Origin: an uncultured Clostridia bacterium
Lineage (GTDB): Bacteria; Bacillota; Clostridia; Christensenellales; UBA1242
DNA length: 64,000 bases
Direction: 5' to 3'
NCBI GenBank assembly: GCA_949841045.1
Contig: CATKXS010000002.1
Span: forward strand, 30,246-94,245
Position numbers and translations under genes: made by a program. Below, piece after piece: positions 36,623 to 47,914 of this stretch. The notes beneath the pieces were generated by a model. That model searched no databases, was not told the origin of the DNA, and was given only the letters and a program-made list of their open reading frames with translations. Within the stretch, counting starts at the first letter, position 1; each line of letters opens with the position of its first letter.

Positions 36623-37843
36623 TTAAAATTCTTCAGCTTCTAAAAGTCTTTCAGCGAATGCTTTTATGTGTTCATAGGTAAGCCCCCCCTGGAAATAAGC
36701 GACATAAGGTGCTCGAATTGGGCTATCACATGAAAGTTCAATTGACGCTCCGCTTACAAATGTTCCTGCCGCCATTATAACTTTATCTTGATAGCCTGGC
36801 ATTTCCCATGGCATTGGAACAGCAAATCCATCAACTGGCGAAACAGTTTGCACAATCTGGACAAACTTAATAAGTTTTTCAGGAGTATCAAATACAATAG
36901 ACTTAATAATATCTTGAGGTTTTTCATCATTTGCAGGAATAACATTATACCCCTTATCAGCCATGATTTGACCTACAAGCAAACTGCCCTTTAATGCCTG
37001 CGCAACAACATGTGGAGAAAGGAATAATCCTTGATAAAAGAGGCGATAGCCCAGCTCATAAGAGCCAATCTCGCATTTTAAAGATGGATTTGTATAACGA
37101 GTTGAAATAAGGTCAATCGCCTTTTCACTGCCAACAATATAACCTCCTGTTGGCGCAACTCCACCCCCTGGATTTTTAATTAAAGAGCCCACTATTACGT
37201 CAGCGCCTACATCTGTAGGTTCAATAGTATCAACAAATTCACCATAACAATTATCAACCACAATAAAAGTATTTTTAGAAAGCTTTTTCACCTCTTCAAA
37301 TAAAGGCTTCATATCATAAGGCGAAATTGCCTTTCTGTTTGAGTATCCTCTTGAACGTTGAAGATAAAGCATTTTAGGTTTATCTTTTTTTACCACTCTT
37401 AAAATCTTATCGTAGTCTAGCTCTCCTTCACCTATAAGCTCAATTTGTTTATAAGTTACGCCATAATCTTCAAGCGAACTATTACCCTTACCAAAAAGAC
37501 TGTCATGCAAGGTGTCATAAGGAAGTCCAGTAACAGTAAGCATTTCATCACCCCTGCGAAGAAGCCCATAGAGAACAGTAGTAATGGCATGGGTCCCACA
37601 AGTCAAAACTGGTGAAATAATCGCGCTTTCACCACCAAAAACTTTAGCATAAAGTTTTGCAAGAGTATCTCTACCCAAATCTCCATGTCCATATCCAGTT
37701 GAGCCTGCAAAACACTGGCTTGACACTTTTAAATCTATAAAAGCATTTAAAACTTTCTTTTGATTAAAAAATGCAATTTCATCAATCTTTGCAAACTGCT
37801 CTTTTAGTTTTTCTTCCTCGTTTTTTAAAGTTAATTTAGCCAC
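36623..37843 (-). CDS. ynbB: YnbB-like PLP-dependent enzyme (cystathionine beta-lyase family, 'aluminium resistance protein')
   Basis: 406 aa in the typical position downstream of mutS-mutL-miaA in Firmicutes. GSTGYGHGDLGRDTL and SLIKNPGGG motifs. Confidence 0.75.
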   Translation of the reverse strand: MAKLTLKNEEEKLKEQFAKIDEIAFFNQKKVLNAFIDLKVSSQCFAGSTGYGHGDLGRDTLAKLYAKVFGGESAIISPVLTCGTHAITTVLYGLLRRGDEMLTVTGLPYDTLHDSLFGKGNSSLEDYGVTYKQIELIGEGELDYDKILRVVKKDKPKMLYLQRSRGYSNRKAISPYDMKPLFEEVKKLSKNTFIVVDNCYGEFVDTIEPTDVGADVIVGSLIKNPGGGVAPTGGYIVGSEKAIDLISTRYTNPSLKCEIGSYELGYRLFYQGLFLSPHVVAQALKGSLLVGQIMADKGYNVIPANDEKPQDIIKSIVFDTPEKLIKFVQIVQTVSPVDGFAVPMPWEMPGYQDKVIMAAGTFVSGASIELSCDSPIRAPYVAYFQGGLTYEHIKAFAERLLEAEEF

Positions 37844-38727
37844 TTACTTATATCCTCCTCAAGTTTTTCTTTTGTTCCCTCTTTGGTAATATCATAATAG
37901 TTTATGTTTTCAATACCTTTCATAAAAGTAATTTGCCTTTTTGCATAATTCCTTGTATGCTGGCTTATAAGCTCTTCCATTTTATCAAGGTCAAATTCGC
38001 CATTCAAATATGAAACGACCTCTTTATAGCCAATAGCTCGCATAGGCTGACAATCTCCATATTTTGCATGGAGATTTTTCACCTCTTCCATAAGACCATT
38101 TTTAAGCATGACTTTTGTTCGCTCATTTATCCTTTCATAAAGCTCTTCTCTTGGCATAGTTAAAGCAATCACTTTGTATTCATATTGTTTATCTTCAATC
38201 TTGGACCTCTCCCCACCAAAGGTAGCAATTTCAAGTGCACGAATAAGCCTAACTTTATTATGTCTATCAATTTTTTCAGCCGTCTCAGGCGAAAGACAAA
38301 CTAGCTTTTTATAAAGCGCTTCTAAACCTTCATTCTCTGCCAAATTTTCCATTTCTAATCTAAAATCATCATGCCTTTCTGTCCCACCAAGATTATAGCC
38401 TTCAATCAGCGACTTTATATAAAGTCCTGTTCCGCCAACAATAAAAGGCGTTTTCCCTTTTGCTAAAATCTCAGCAATTTTTTCTTTAGTAAACGTTATA
38501 AAATCACTTACTGAAAAATCATCTTTTGGTGAAATTATATCAATTCCATGATGTACGACGCCTTCTCGTTCACTTGGCATTATCTTTGCCGAGCCAATAT
38601 CAAACTCTTTATAGATTTGAACTGAATCTGCTGAAATAACTTCCATGTCAAATTTTTTAGCAATTGCCAAAGACAAAGAGGTTTTGCCAACACCAGTTGG
38701 ACCTAAGAGGATTAAAATTTTTTCCAT
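37831..38727 (-). CDS. miaA: tRNA dimethylallyltransferase
   Basis: ILILLGPTGVGKTSLSLAIA P-loop, ISADSVQIY, VGGTGLY, RQ.TFMK. Confidence 0.95.
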   Translation of the reverse strand: MEKILILLGPTGVGKTSLSLAIAKKFDMEVISADSVQIYKEFDIGSAKIMPSEREGVVHHGIDIISPKDDFSVSDFITFTKEKIAEILAKGKTPFIVGGTGLYIKSLIEGYNLGGTERHDDFRLEMENLAENEGLEALYKKLVCLSPETAEKIDRHNKVRLIRALEIATFGGERSKIEDKQYEYKVIALTMPREELYERINERTKVMLKNGLMEEVKNLHAKYGDCQPMRAIGYKEVVSYLNGEFDLDKMEELISQHTRNYAKRQITFMKGIENINYYDITKEGTKEKLEEDISKWLN

Positions 38728-40676
38728 TATAAAACCCTCTTAAACATTTTTTCAAACTCATGTTTAGTAATCACAAGAGTGATTGGTCTTCCATGAGGAC
38801 AAAGCATAACGCCTTTACGAACCTGTTCAATTATATAAGCACACTCATCTTTAGTAATTTCATCGCCCGCCTTAATTGCATGTTTGCAAGCAGACTGGCA
38901 AAGTTTTGAATGAACAAAATCACTCGCCTTACTTTCAAGATTTGGACTATCAGAAAGAATTTCGTCCACAAACTTAGATAAATCTATATATGACAATAAG
39001 AAAGGAACACTTGTAATTGTATATAAATTATTTCTCTTCTCTATGTCAAAGCCAATTTTCTTAAGATTTTCAAGAAGCCCGTCAACATACTGCATTTCTC
39101 TTGCACCAGCTGTAAAAGTATATGGAGCAAGTAGCGACTGTTTTACTAAATTATTTTCATCAATGTTTTTTACAAGCTTGTCAAACAAAAGCCTTTCGTG
39201 AGCAGCATGTTGGTCTATAAAGTATATAGCCTCGTTATATTCTATAGCTATATAAGTTTTAAACACAGTGCCAAGAATTTTCATCTCATCTTTTACACTG
39301 GCCTCTATAAAGCCTTTACCTTCATTTTCAAGCTCTGTCGTAAATTTTTCACCAGATTGGTCAAAGAAAAATGTCGAATTATTTTTAGAAGAAAGAATGG
39401 TCTTATTCTTTAATGACATATTCTCAAGCTCTTTAAGGTCTTGGTCTAAACTTTCAGCTTGATTTGAATTGTCATCTTTATCTAAAGTATTAGGCGACAC
39501 TGTGACATCAACTTCAAATTCTTTAGGGTCAAAAATCTTTTGATTTCTATCAAACAAATCAATACTAAAACTTCGTCCACCTATTGCCTTATTTTCGTTC
39601 GCTTTAACCATTTCTGGCTTTTGAGATAGACAAGAATTAGAAAGCTCTTCATCCTCATTTTTGTTTCCATTAATCATAAAATTTTGAATTTGGTCTGTTG
39701 ATAAAAGAGCACTCTCCACCGCTCTAGTGAGGAGTCCATAAATTCTATTATGATTTTCAAATCTTACTTCTCTCTTAGAAGGATGTACATTAACATCTAC
39801 ATTTTCAGGAGGGATTTCAAGCATAATTACATAGACAGGAAAACGACCTTTCATTAAGAATGACGAATAAATATTGGTTATGCATGCTGATACAAGTGAA
39901 TTTTCAACATAACGATTATTGACAAAAAGTGTTTGATAAGTGCGATTACTCTTTGAACATTTAGGCTTAGTTATATAACCTTTGACCTTTATATCGCCTT
40001 CTTCATAATTCAATTCTACAAGATTATTATATACCTCATTTCCATATATTGTATATATTATGTCAGACATACTACAAGAAGAAGTATTATATACCTGTTT
40101 TCCGTCTACATAATACTGAAAAGCAATATTACTAAACGAAAGCATAAATTTCTCAACTAGATGGGTAACTTCTGATTCTTCTAACTTCGGTTTTCTTAAA
40201 AACTTTGCTCTTACTGGAGTATTAAAAAATAAATTTGAACAACTTATAGTAGTGCCATTTGAACGAGCGATTTCACTCACCGCTCCAAAATTTCCTCCAT
40301 CGACTTTTAATGAATAACCGATTGGGCTATCTTTTGTTTTTGAACTAAGCTTTACTTGGCAGACTGAGGCAATACTCGCAAGCGCCTCACCCCTAAATCC
40401 TAAGCTTAAGATACTGTCAAGGTCTTCAGCATTTTTAATTTTGCTTGTAGCATGCGGAAGAAAAGCAACCGTGAGGTCCTCTTTTTCAATTCCGCATCCA
40501 TCATCAGAAATGGTAATATTTTTTATTCCGCCTTCTTCAATTTCAATTCGAATATTTTTCGCACCAGCGTCTATGCTGTTTTCAACAAGTTCCTTTACAA
40601 TTGAAGCTGGTTTTTCAACAACCTCACCTGCTGATATTCTGTTATAAACGCTTGGGTCTAAAACGTTAATTTTCAT
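38727..40676 (-). CDS. mutL: DNA mismatch repair protein MutL
   Basis: ISAGEVVEKPASIVKELVENSIDAG, DDGCGI, GFRGEALASI, and the C-terminal CPHGRP motif. 649 aa. Confidence 0.96.
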   Translation of the reverse strand: MKINVLDPSVYNRISAGEVVEKPASIVKELVENSIDAGAKNIRIEIEEGGIKNITISDDGCGIEKEDLTVAFLPHATSKIKNAEDLDSILSLGFRGEALASIASVCQVKLSSKTKDSPIGYSLKVDGGNFGAVSEIARSNGTTISCSNLFFNTPVRAKFLRKPKLEESEVTHLVEKFMLSFSNIAFQYYVDGKQVYNTSSCSMSDIIYTIYGNEVYNNLVELNYEEGDIKVKGYITKPKCSKSNRTYQTLFVNNRYVENSLVSACITNIYSSFLMKGRFPVYVIMLEIPPENVDVNVHPSKREVRFENHNRIYGLLTRAVESALLSTDQIQNFMINGNKNEDEELSNSCLSQKPEMVKANENKAIGGRSFSIDLFDRNQKIFDPKEFEVDVTVSPNTLDKDDNSNQAESLDQDLKELENMSLKNKTILSSKNNSTFFFDQSGEKFTTELENEGKGFIEASVKDEMKILGTVFKTYIAIEYNEAIYFIDQHAAHERLLFDKLVKNIDENNLVKQSLLAPYTFTAGAREMQYVDGLLENLKKIGFDIEKRNNLYTITSVPFLLSYIDLSKFVDEILSDSPNLESKASDFVHSKLCQSACKHAIKAGDEITKDECAYIIEQVRKGVMLCPHGRPITLVITKHEFEKMFKRVL

Positions 40677-43288
40677 TATTCCTCCCTAGCTTTACTTACT
40701 AAATCGTTTAATAAGTCAAACGCATGCATTGGCGAAACACGTTCAATTTCTATATCTTTAAGTATTGCTAAAATTGAAAGTGCAAGTTTACTATTACCTT
40801 CAGCACTCTCTCTCTTCTCTTTAAATACTCCCATATCTAATTTTTCATTTGCAATTTCAAGATTGTCAGAGATTTCTCTCGCCCTATCAAGCACTTCATT
40901 TGGAAGCCCTGCAAGTTTTGCAACTTCCACACCGAAGCTCTTATTTGCGCCCCCTCTTACAATCTTTCTTAAGAATACAACATTGTCATCAAGTTCTTTG
41001 ACTGCAACTTTGAAGTTTTTAACGCCTTCAATCACACCCTCAAGTTCGGTTAGTTCATGATAGTGAGTTGCAAACAATGTCTTTGCTCTAAAATATTTTG
41101 AAATGTACTCGACAACAGACCACGCTATACTAAGACCGTCAAACGTTGATGTTCCTCTTCCAATTTCATCAAGGACAACAAGGCTATTGTCTGTTGCATT
41201 TGCCAGAATGTGCGCAACCTCGCTCATTTCCACCATGAAGGTACTTTGTCCGAAAGCCAGGTCATCGCTTGCCCCAACTCTTGTGAATATCCTGTCAGTC
41301 ATTGGAATTACAGCTTCTTTTGCAGGCACGAAGCTTCCAATATGAGCAAGAAGCGTAATGATTGCAACTTGTCTCATATATGTACTTTTACCAGCCATAT
41401 TAGGACCAGTAATAATCATTATTCTGCTTTCACGCTCATCCAAAAATGTATCGTTTTCAACAAACTGCCCTTGATTAATAAACTGCTCAACAACAGGATG
41501 ACGACCGCCTATAATCTTAAGTTCATTAACCTGATTATTAATTGTTGGCTTGCAGTAATTGTTTTTAACAGCAACCACAGCAAGAGATAATAGTGCATCA
41601 AGAGTTGCAATTGCAGACGCAATCTGTTGGAATGTACTAACATATTTTAAAAGGATTTTTTTAATCTGATTAAATATATCACTTTCAAGCTGAAGTGCTT
41701 TTTCTTCAGACCCTAAAATCTTTTCTTCAATAACTTTTAAATCTTGAGTGATATATCTCTCGTTGTTTGCGACTGTTTGTTTTCTAGTATATCTAAGTGG
41801 GACTTTATCAGCCTGACTTCTATTGACTTCAATAAAGTATCCAAAAACTTTATTAAAATTAATTTTTAAATTTCTTATTCCAGTGGCTTCAATTTCCTTT
41901 AGCTCAAGCCCCTTAATCCATTCTTCACCCTTTTCTTTAGCATCGCGATATTCATCAAGCTCTTCATTAAAACCCTTTTTTATATAACCGCCTGTTTTCA
42001 TAATCGCGCCAGCATTATCATCAATGGCTCTTTCAAGAAGAGAAGTCACGTCGCCAACGTCAACAAGTTTTTCATCTATGCCAGTTAAAATTGAACTTTT
42101 TACACCTGAAAGCTCCTTCTTAATCTCTGGGACATATTTTAAAGACCAACCAAGCGTCAACAAATCTTTTGGTGAAGCATTTCCAAACACAATTTTACTT
42201 GTAAGTCTTTCAATATCATAAACGTTTGCGATTATTTCAGAAAGTCTATCGCGCATTATCAGTTTTTTAACAAGTTCATCAACGCCCTCAAGCCTTTCAT
42301 TTATAAGCTTACTATTTTGAAGTGGTTCATCAAGCATTCTTCTAATTTCTCTCGCGCCCATACTAGATTTTGTCTTATCAATAACCCAAAGAATTGAGCC
42401 ATATTTTTTATGTGCCTTATTGTTTTCAGAGATTTCAAGATTTCTTCTGGTGTTAAGGTCGATTGTCATGTATTGTGAATTTTTAACTATTCTAATTTTG
42501 TTTATATTTGATAAAAGTCTTTTTTGAGTTTCTTTCAAGTAAACAAGCATTCCGCCCGCACTGCAAGTGATGCCCTCATCACCCTTTACATCAAAAACAG
42601 AATCGTAGTTTTCGCCAAATTGCTCTTTTAAATATTCAACTGCTGTCTTTTTTTGATAAGCCCATTCAAAATATTTATTTAGTTTTCGTAGCGTTCCAAG
42701 TTGCATAATTGGAAGACTATTGTAAAAAGGCTGACTTTCTTCATTGCCAATAATCTCTGAAGGTGAAATACGTGCAATAAGGTCGCTTATTTCATTCTCA
42801 CGGTTTTTACCAAGTTTCATAGAATAAAATTGACCTGTTGAAATATCAACATAACTTACTCCACACTTGTCGCCGTTTTTATAAACAGAAAGAAGATAAT
42901 TGTTTTTCTGCCCTTCAAGCATTTCTTCTTCTACAATTGTACCAGGAGTAATAACTCTAACCACATCTCTCTCAAGCATCACATTTTTACCAGGTGTAGG
43001 CTGAGTAAGTTGTTCGCATATTGCAACTTTATGGCCATTTGAAACAAGTTTTGAAATATATGTCTGCACAGCATGATAAGGAACACCGCACATTGGTGCT
43101 TTTTGTTCATTCCCGCACTTCTTACTTGTAAGAATAAGGTCAAGTTCTTTTGACGCTGTCAGAGCATCTTCATAAAACATTTCGTAGAAGTCGCCCATTC
43201 TATTCAGCACAATGCAATCTTCATATTTTCGCTTAACATTCAAATATTGCTTCATACCTGGCGATAATTTCTTTTCATCAATAATCAC
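40676..43288 (-). CDS. mutS: DNA mismatch repair protein MutS
   Basis: GDFYEMFYEDA mismatch-binding motif, Walker A GPNMAGKST, DEIGRGTSTFDG, THYHEL. 870 aa. Confidence 0.97.
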   Translation of the reverse strand: MIIDEKKLSPGMKQYLNVKRKYEDCIVLNRMGDFYEMFYEDALTASKELDLILTSKKCGNEQKAPMCGVPYHAVQTYISKLVSNGHKVAICEQLTQPTPGKNVMLERDVVRVITPGTIVEEEMLEGQKNNYLLSVYKNGDKCGVSYVDISTGQFYSMKLGKNRENEISDLIARISPSEIIGNEESQPFYNSLPIMQLGTLRKLNKYFEWAYQKKTAVEYLKEQFGENYDSVFDVKGDEGITCSAGGMLVYLKETQKRLLSNINKIRIVKNSQYMTIDLNTRRNLEISENNKAHKKYGSILWVIDKTKSSMGAREIRRMLDEPLQNSKLINERLEGVDELVKKLIMRDRLSEIIANVYDIERLTSKIVFGNASPKDLLTLGWSLKYVPEIKKELSGVKSSILTGIDEKLVDVGDVTSLLERAIDDNAGAIMKTGGYIKKGFNEELDEYRDAKEKGEEWIKGLELKEIEATGIRNLKINFNKVFGYFIEVNRSQADKVPLRYTRKQTVANNERYITQDLKVIEEKILGSEEKALQLESDIFNQIKKILLKYVSTFQQIASAIATLDALLSLAVVAVKNNYCKPTINNQVNELKIIGGRHPVVEQFINQGQFVENDTFLDERESRIMIITGPNMAGKSTYMRQVAIITLLAHIGSFVPAKEAVIPMTDRIFTRVGASDDLAFGQSTFMVEMSEVAHILANATDNSLVVLDEIGRGTSTFDGLSIAWSVVEYISKYFRAKTLFATHYHELTELEGVIEGVKNFKVAVKELDDNVVFLRKIVRGGANKSFGVEVAKLAGLPNEVLDRAREISDNLEIANEKLDMGVFKEKRESAEGNSKLALSILAILKDIEIERVSPMHAFDLLNDLVSKAREE

Positions 43289-44407
43289 TTAAGCTTCCTC
43301 CTTTTGTAATTTCTTCTCTAAATTTAAAAGCCTGTTAACTCTGTCACGCTTAATAGCCTCATCAATTTGACCATCCATTTGAGAGGCAACAGTACCCTCT
43401 CTTGGCGAATAAATAAAGGCAAAAATGCTGTCATATTTTACTTCTTCAACAAGACTATAAGTATCTAAAAATTCCTCTTCTGTTTCAGTTGGAAAACCTA
43501 CAATAAAATCAGAGGTTATTCTGCAGTTTGGGATAGCCGCCCTTATTTTATTAATAATATCAAGATATTTTTCACGAGTATAGTTTCTATTCATCATCTT
43601 AAGAATTCTATTGTTTCCACTTTGCGCTGGCAAATGAATAGACTTTTCAAGTTTTTCTTCTCTTGCAATAGTTTCGATGAGTTCATCTGTTAAATCTTTT
43701 GGATGGGAGGTCATAAAAGAAACAGTGAAATCGCCATCTAGTTTACATATTTCACTTAAAAGCTCTGCAAAAGAAAGGCCACCTTCAATATCTTTTCCAT
43801 AAGAATTGACATTTTGACCTAACAAAGTGATTTTTTTATATTTGCCCTCTTTTAAAACTTCTTTTATTTCTTTCAAAATATTTTCAGCTTTTCGCGATTT
43901 TTCGCGACCGCGAACATAAGGAACAATACAATAAGTGCAAAAATTGTTGCAACCCTGCATTATGTTTATCCATGCGTTCTCACCGCTTGTCCTTTTATAA
44001 GGAAGGCTTTCATCAATATCGCCCTCTTCTAAAACTTCAAGTTGTCGACCTTTTTTGACTGCCTCAATGTAATAGCCAAGTTTTGTAAGGTTGAATGTTC
44101 CTATTACAATATCAACAAAAGGGAAAGTATTAAGAAGTTTTTGAGCTGTCTGACTTTTTTGAGTCATACAACCACATACTGCAATAATAAGGTTCTTATT
44201 TTTCTTCTTAAGTTTCTTTAGGTTTCCAACATTGCCAAAAACTCTATCTTCCGCGCCCTCGCGTATGGCGCAAGTATTGAATACGATTATATCCGCTTCT
44301 TCTCTTGTCTCTCCGCATTCATAGCCTAAATTTTCAAGTATGCCAGCAATCTTTTCAGATTCATGCACATTCATTTGGCAACCATATGTTACAATAAAAT
44401 ATTTCAT
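43289..44407 (-). CDS. miaB: MiaB-type radical SAM methylthiotransferase lacking the C-terminal TRAM domain
   Basis: UPF0004 N-domain (YGCQMN..ES.....L...GY) and the radical SAM cluster CNNFCTYCIVPYVRG. It ends at 372 aa directly against the mutS start codon, with no TRAM-like segment. Confidence 0.8.
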   Translation of the reverse strand: MKYFIVTYGCQMNVHESEKIAGILENLGYECGETREEADIIVFNTCAIREGAEDRVFGNVGNLKKLKKKNKNLIIAVCGCMTQKSQTAQKLLNTFPFVDIVIGTFNLTKLGYYIEAVKKGRQLEVLEEGDIDESLPYKRTSGENAWINIMQGCNNFCTYCIVPYVRGREKSRKAENILKEIKEVLKEGKYKKITLLGQNVNSYGKDIEGGLSFAELLSEICKLDGDFTVSFMTSHPKDLTDELIETIAREEKLEKSIHLPAQSGNNRILKMMNRNYTREKYLDIINKIRAAIPNCRITSDFIVGFPTETEEEFLDTYSLVEEVKYDSIFAFIYSPREGTVASQMDGQIDEAIKRDRVNRLLNLEKKLQKEEA

Positions 44408-44514
44408 TCTCTTAACTTATCCTTTACTAAATGATTATACAATAAAAATACCAAATTTTCAAATAAAAACTTAAATTTAAGAAATAATTTGTTAAAAGTT
44501 ATACATAATAACAA

Positions 44515-46737
44515 ATGATGAAAAAGTTTATTAAATGGTTTATGATTATTTCCTTTATAATTTTAGCATTGGCGCTCGGGGGGCTGGGTCTTTACATCTC
44601 TTCTATTTATGCCAGCGCAAAAGCTATGGAAATAAATGAAGATGAACTGTCCTCTTCTGCCCTCTCTATTCGCGTCTTTGATAGCCAAAATAAGCCTATT
44701 AAAGAGGATAACGAAATTAATCACGCCTATGCCAGTATTGACACTCTTAATGACTACACAAAAGAGGCTTTTATTTCAGTAGAAGATAAAACATTCTACA
44801 CTCATAACGGAATAAACCCAAAAAGAATTATAAAAGCAGGCATTAACAACTTCAAATCACATTCTCTTAAAGAAGGTGCTTCTACTATCACACAACAACT
44901 TATTAAAAACACTCAGCTGACCAGCGAAAAAACCTATAAACGTAAGATAAAAGAGATTGCACTCGCTCAAAAGATTGAAAAAATGTATGATAAAGATGAG
45001 CTTCTCGAATTCTATCTCAATGTTATATATTTTGGCAACAATTGTTATGGAATTGAAAGCGCTTCAAACTATTATTTCTCTAAAAGTGCAAACGAACTCT
45101 CGCTCGAAGAATCTTGCACGCTTGCGGGCATGATTAAATCACCCGCCAAGTATTCCCCTATAAAGAATAGCGAAAATTGTCTAAATCGAAGAAATTTGGT
45201 TTTAAAAGAAATGCAAAAAGACGGCAAAATCAGCGAAGAAGAATACACAATCGCAAAAGAAAAGGCCCTATCATTAAACTTAAACAAAACTAAAATCAAC
45301 AAACTTAACTCGTATAGCCAAGCATCAATAGATGAAGCTGAAAAAATTCTTGGCATTCCAGCCCGACAAATTGCAATTGGTGGCTATAAAATCTATACTT
45401 ATCAAAATGAAGAAAAACAAAAGGCGCTCGAAAACGCACTTGGCAGACAAGATATTGACGCCGATTATGCAGGTATAGTTATTGATAATGAAAAGTGTGC
45501 TGTTAGCGCATATATTGGTGATAGTACCTATAAAATACTTGATGCTAAGCGTCAGCCAGGCTCATGTATTAAACCTATCCTAGTTTATTCTCCGGCCTTA
45601 AATGAAGACATTATTTATCCTTGCACTCAAATACTTGATGAAAAAGTTACTATTTCGGACTATTCTCCAAAGAACGTTGGAAATGTTTATAGAGGCTATA
45701 TAAGCGCAAGAGAGGCACTCTCTAAATCTATCAACGTTCCAGCAGTAAAAGTACTTTCTTATGTGGGCATTGAAAAAGCTAAAAAGTATGCCGAAAGCAT
45801 GGGGCTTAATTTTGATGAAAAAGATGACAGTTACACCCTTGCATTAGGCGGAATGACATATGGCGTCAATCTAACCCAGCTTGCTGGAGCCTATACAACT
45901 TTTGCAAATAATGGAATATACAAAGCACCAAGATTTGTATCATTTATAACTGACAAAAACAATAAACTAGTTTATATAAACAAAACGCAAGGCGAAAAAG
46001 TTTTAAGAGAGGATAGCGCCTATCTTATGACGGACATGCTAAAAACCTGCGCTCAAAGTGGAACAGCAAAAAAGCTTGCTTCTCTTGACTGCGAAATTGC
46101 ATCTAAGACTGGAACAGTTGGCAAAAGCGGAAGCAAAGAAAATTTGGACGCTTGGAACATTTCTTATACAAAAGACCAAACCGTAGGCGTTTGGATAGGA
46201 AATCTTGACAACTCACCTATTAGGTATGCTGGCGGAAATCAACCAACCGAAGTCGTAAAAAATTATTTTACAGAATATAAAGATGACTCACAATTTGATA
46301 GACCTGACAGCGTAGTTGAGAAAAAGATTGACGGCATTGATTTGAATGAAAACCACAGAATCCTCCTTGCAAACCATTTTACACCTGACAGATATACTCA
46401 AAACGAACTATTTTCAATCTTTAATCTTCCAAGCGACATTTCAAACATGTTTGCAGAAGTAGAAAAAATAAAAATAAACAGCCGTGTTGAAAACAATGTT
46501 GCACTGCTCGAATTTGAAGCTAAAGATTTTGAGACTTATGATTTTATCGTTGACGGCAAAGTTGTAAATTCTATAAGTGGAAAAAGCGGAAGTCAAAAAA
46601 TCTCCATTCCTCTCACCTCTTCAAAGGAAGATATTATAGTTGAGAACTACTACACACTTACGCCAGACAATAAAGTAACGCAAGAGTTAAGCTTTGTAAA
46701 AAAAGAAGCCAAAGCAAAAGAAAAATGGTATATTTAA
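44515..46737 (+). CDS. class A penicillin-binding protein (transglycosylase/transpeptidase)
   Basis: GT51 motifs EDKTFYTHNGI, GASTITQQL and RKIKE. Transpeptidase motifs SCIKP (SxxK), SKN-like SKSINVPAV and KTGT. 740 aa with an N-terminal TM anchor. Confidence 0.92.
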   Translation: MMKKFIKWFMIISFIILALALGGLGLYISSIYASAKAMEINEDELSSSALSIRVFDSQNKPIKEDNEINHAYASIDTLNDYTKEAFISVEDKTFYTHNGINPKRIIKAGINNFKSHSLKEGASTITQQLIKNTQLTSEKTYKRKIKEIALAQKIEKMYDKDELLEFYLNVIYFGNNCYGIESASNYYFSKSANELSLEESCTLAGMIKSPAKYSPIKNSENCLNRRNLVLKEMQKDGKISEEEYTIAKEKALSLNLNKTKINKLNSYSQASIDEAEKILGIPARQIAIGGYKIYTYQNEEKQKALENALGRQDIDADYAGIVIDNEKCAVSAYIGDSTYKILDAKRQPGSCIKPILVYSPALNEDIIYPCTQILDEKVTISDYSPKNVGNVYRGYISAREALSKSINVPAVKVLSYVGIEKAKKYAESMGLNFDEKDDSYTLALGGMTYGVNLTQLAGAYTTFANNGIYKAPRFVSFITDKNNKLVYINKTQGEKVLREDSAYLMTDMLKTCAQSGTAKKLASLDCEIASKTGTVGKSGSKENLDAWNISYTKDQTVGVWIGNLDNSPIRYAGGNQPTEVVKNYFTEYKDDSQFDRPDSVVEKKIDGIDLNENHRILLANHFTPDRYTQNELFSIFNLPSDISNMFAEVEKIKINSRVENNVALLEFEAKDFETYDFIVDGKVVNSISGKSGSQKISIPLTSSKEDIIVENYYTLTPDNKVTQELSFVKKEAKAKEKWYI

Positions 46738-46841
46738 ATTCATTTAACTTGATTATATTATCATTTAATAAGTAAAAACACATTTATAGCCACGCTAAGC
46801 GTGTAAAAAATCCACAGAATTAAATCTGTGGATTTTATTTA

Positions 46842-47903
46842 TTACTCGTCAATTTCTCCGTCATCTTCTTCAATTATCTCTTCTTCTGAAGCACCATTAA
46901 GAAGAATTGCTCTAACCTTATTTAAAATTTCGTTCATAACCTCTGGAGTCTTTTCAAGATAAGCACGAACATTTTCTTTTCCTTGCCCAATCTTCTCATC
47001 GTTATATGAGAACCAAGAACCAGATTTCTTGATAATATCATTTTCAAGAGCAAGGTCAAGAATGCAACCAGATTTGCTTACACCTTGTCCATAAATAATA
47101 TCAAATTCAGCAGTTCTAAATGGAGGTGCAAGTTTGTTTTTAACAACCTTAACAACAGTTCTATTACCTACTATAACGCTGTTTTCTTTAATTGTATCTT
47201 TACGTCTAACATCAAGTCTAATACTTGAATAGAATTTAAGCGCTTTACCGCCAGTAGTTGTTTCAGGTGAACCAAACATAACACCAACTTTCTCACGTAA
47301 TTGATTGATGAAAATCACGCTTGTCTTACTCTTATTAATTATACCAGTAAGTTTACGAAGCGCTTGACTCATCATTCTTGCTTGAAGACCAACATGGTTA
47401 TCACCCATTTCGCCGTCAATTTCTGCCTTTGGTGTAAGAGCAGCAACTGAGTCAATTACAACAAGGTCAACAGACCCAGATTTAACAAGCATTTCACAAA
47501 TATTAAGTGCTTGTTCACCATTATCTGGTTGTGAAATCAAAAGGTCTTTAAGTTCAACGCCCAACTTTTCTGCATAAGATGGGTCAAGAGCATGTTCAGC
47601 ATCAATGAAAGCACATGTTCCATTCAATTTTTGTGCTTCTGCAATAATGTGAAGAGATACTGTTGTTTTACCAGAAGATTCTGGGCCATAAATTTCAATT
47701 ACTCTACCTCTTGGAATTCCACCAATACCGAGAGCAATATCAAGTGTAAGGCAACCTGTTGGGATTACGTCAATTGGCTCATTAACTTTATCGCCAAGCT
47801 TCATAATTGCACCTTTGCCGTATTGCTTTTCAATTTGAAGGAGTGCTTGGTCGAGCGCCTCTCTTTTTGTATCTTTCATAGTTTTAGATGTTTCTTTAGC
47901 CAT
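46842..47903 (-). CDS. recA: recombinase RecA
   Basis: [19 protein letters not shown], Walker [27 protein letters not shown]. Acidic C-terminal tail. Confidence 0.98.
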   Translation of the reverse strand: MAKETSKTMKDTKREALDQALLQIEKQYGKGAIMKLGDKVNEPIDVIPTGCLTLDIALGIGGIPRGRVIEIYGPESSGKTTVSLHIIAEAQKLNGTCAFIDAEHALDPSYAEKLGVELKDLLISQPDNGEQALNICEMLVKSGSVDLVVIDSVAALTPKAEIDGEMGDNHVGLQARMMSQALRKLTGIINKSKTSVIFINQLREKVGVMFGSPETTTGGKALKFYSSIRLDVRRKDTIKENSVIVGNRTVVKVVKNKLAPPFRTAEFDIIYGQGVSKSGCILDLALENDIIKKSGSWFSYNDEKIGQGKENVRAYLEKTPEVMNEILNKVRAILLNGASEEEIIEEDDGEIDE

Positions 47904-47914
47904 ATTTTCCTCTT

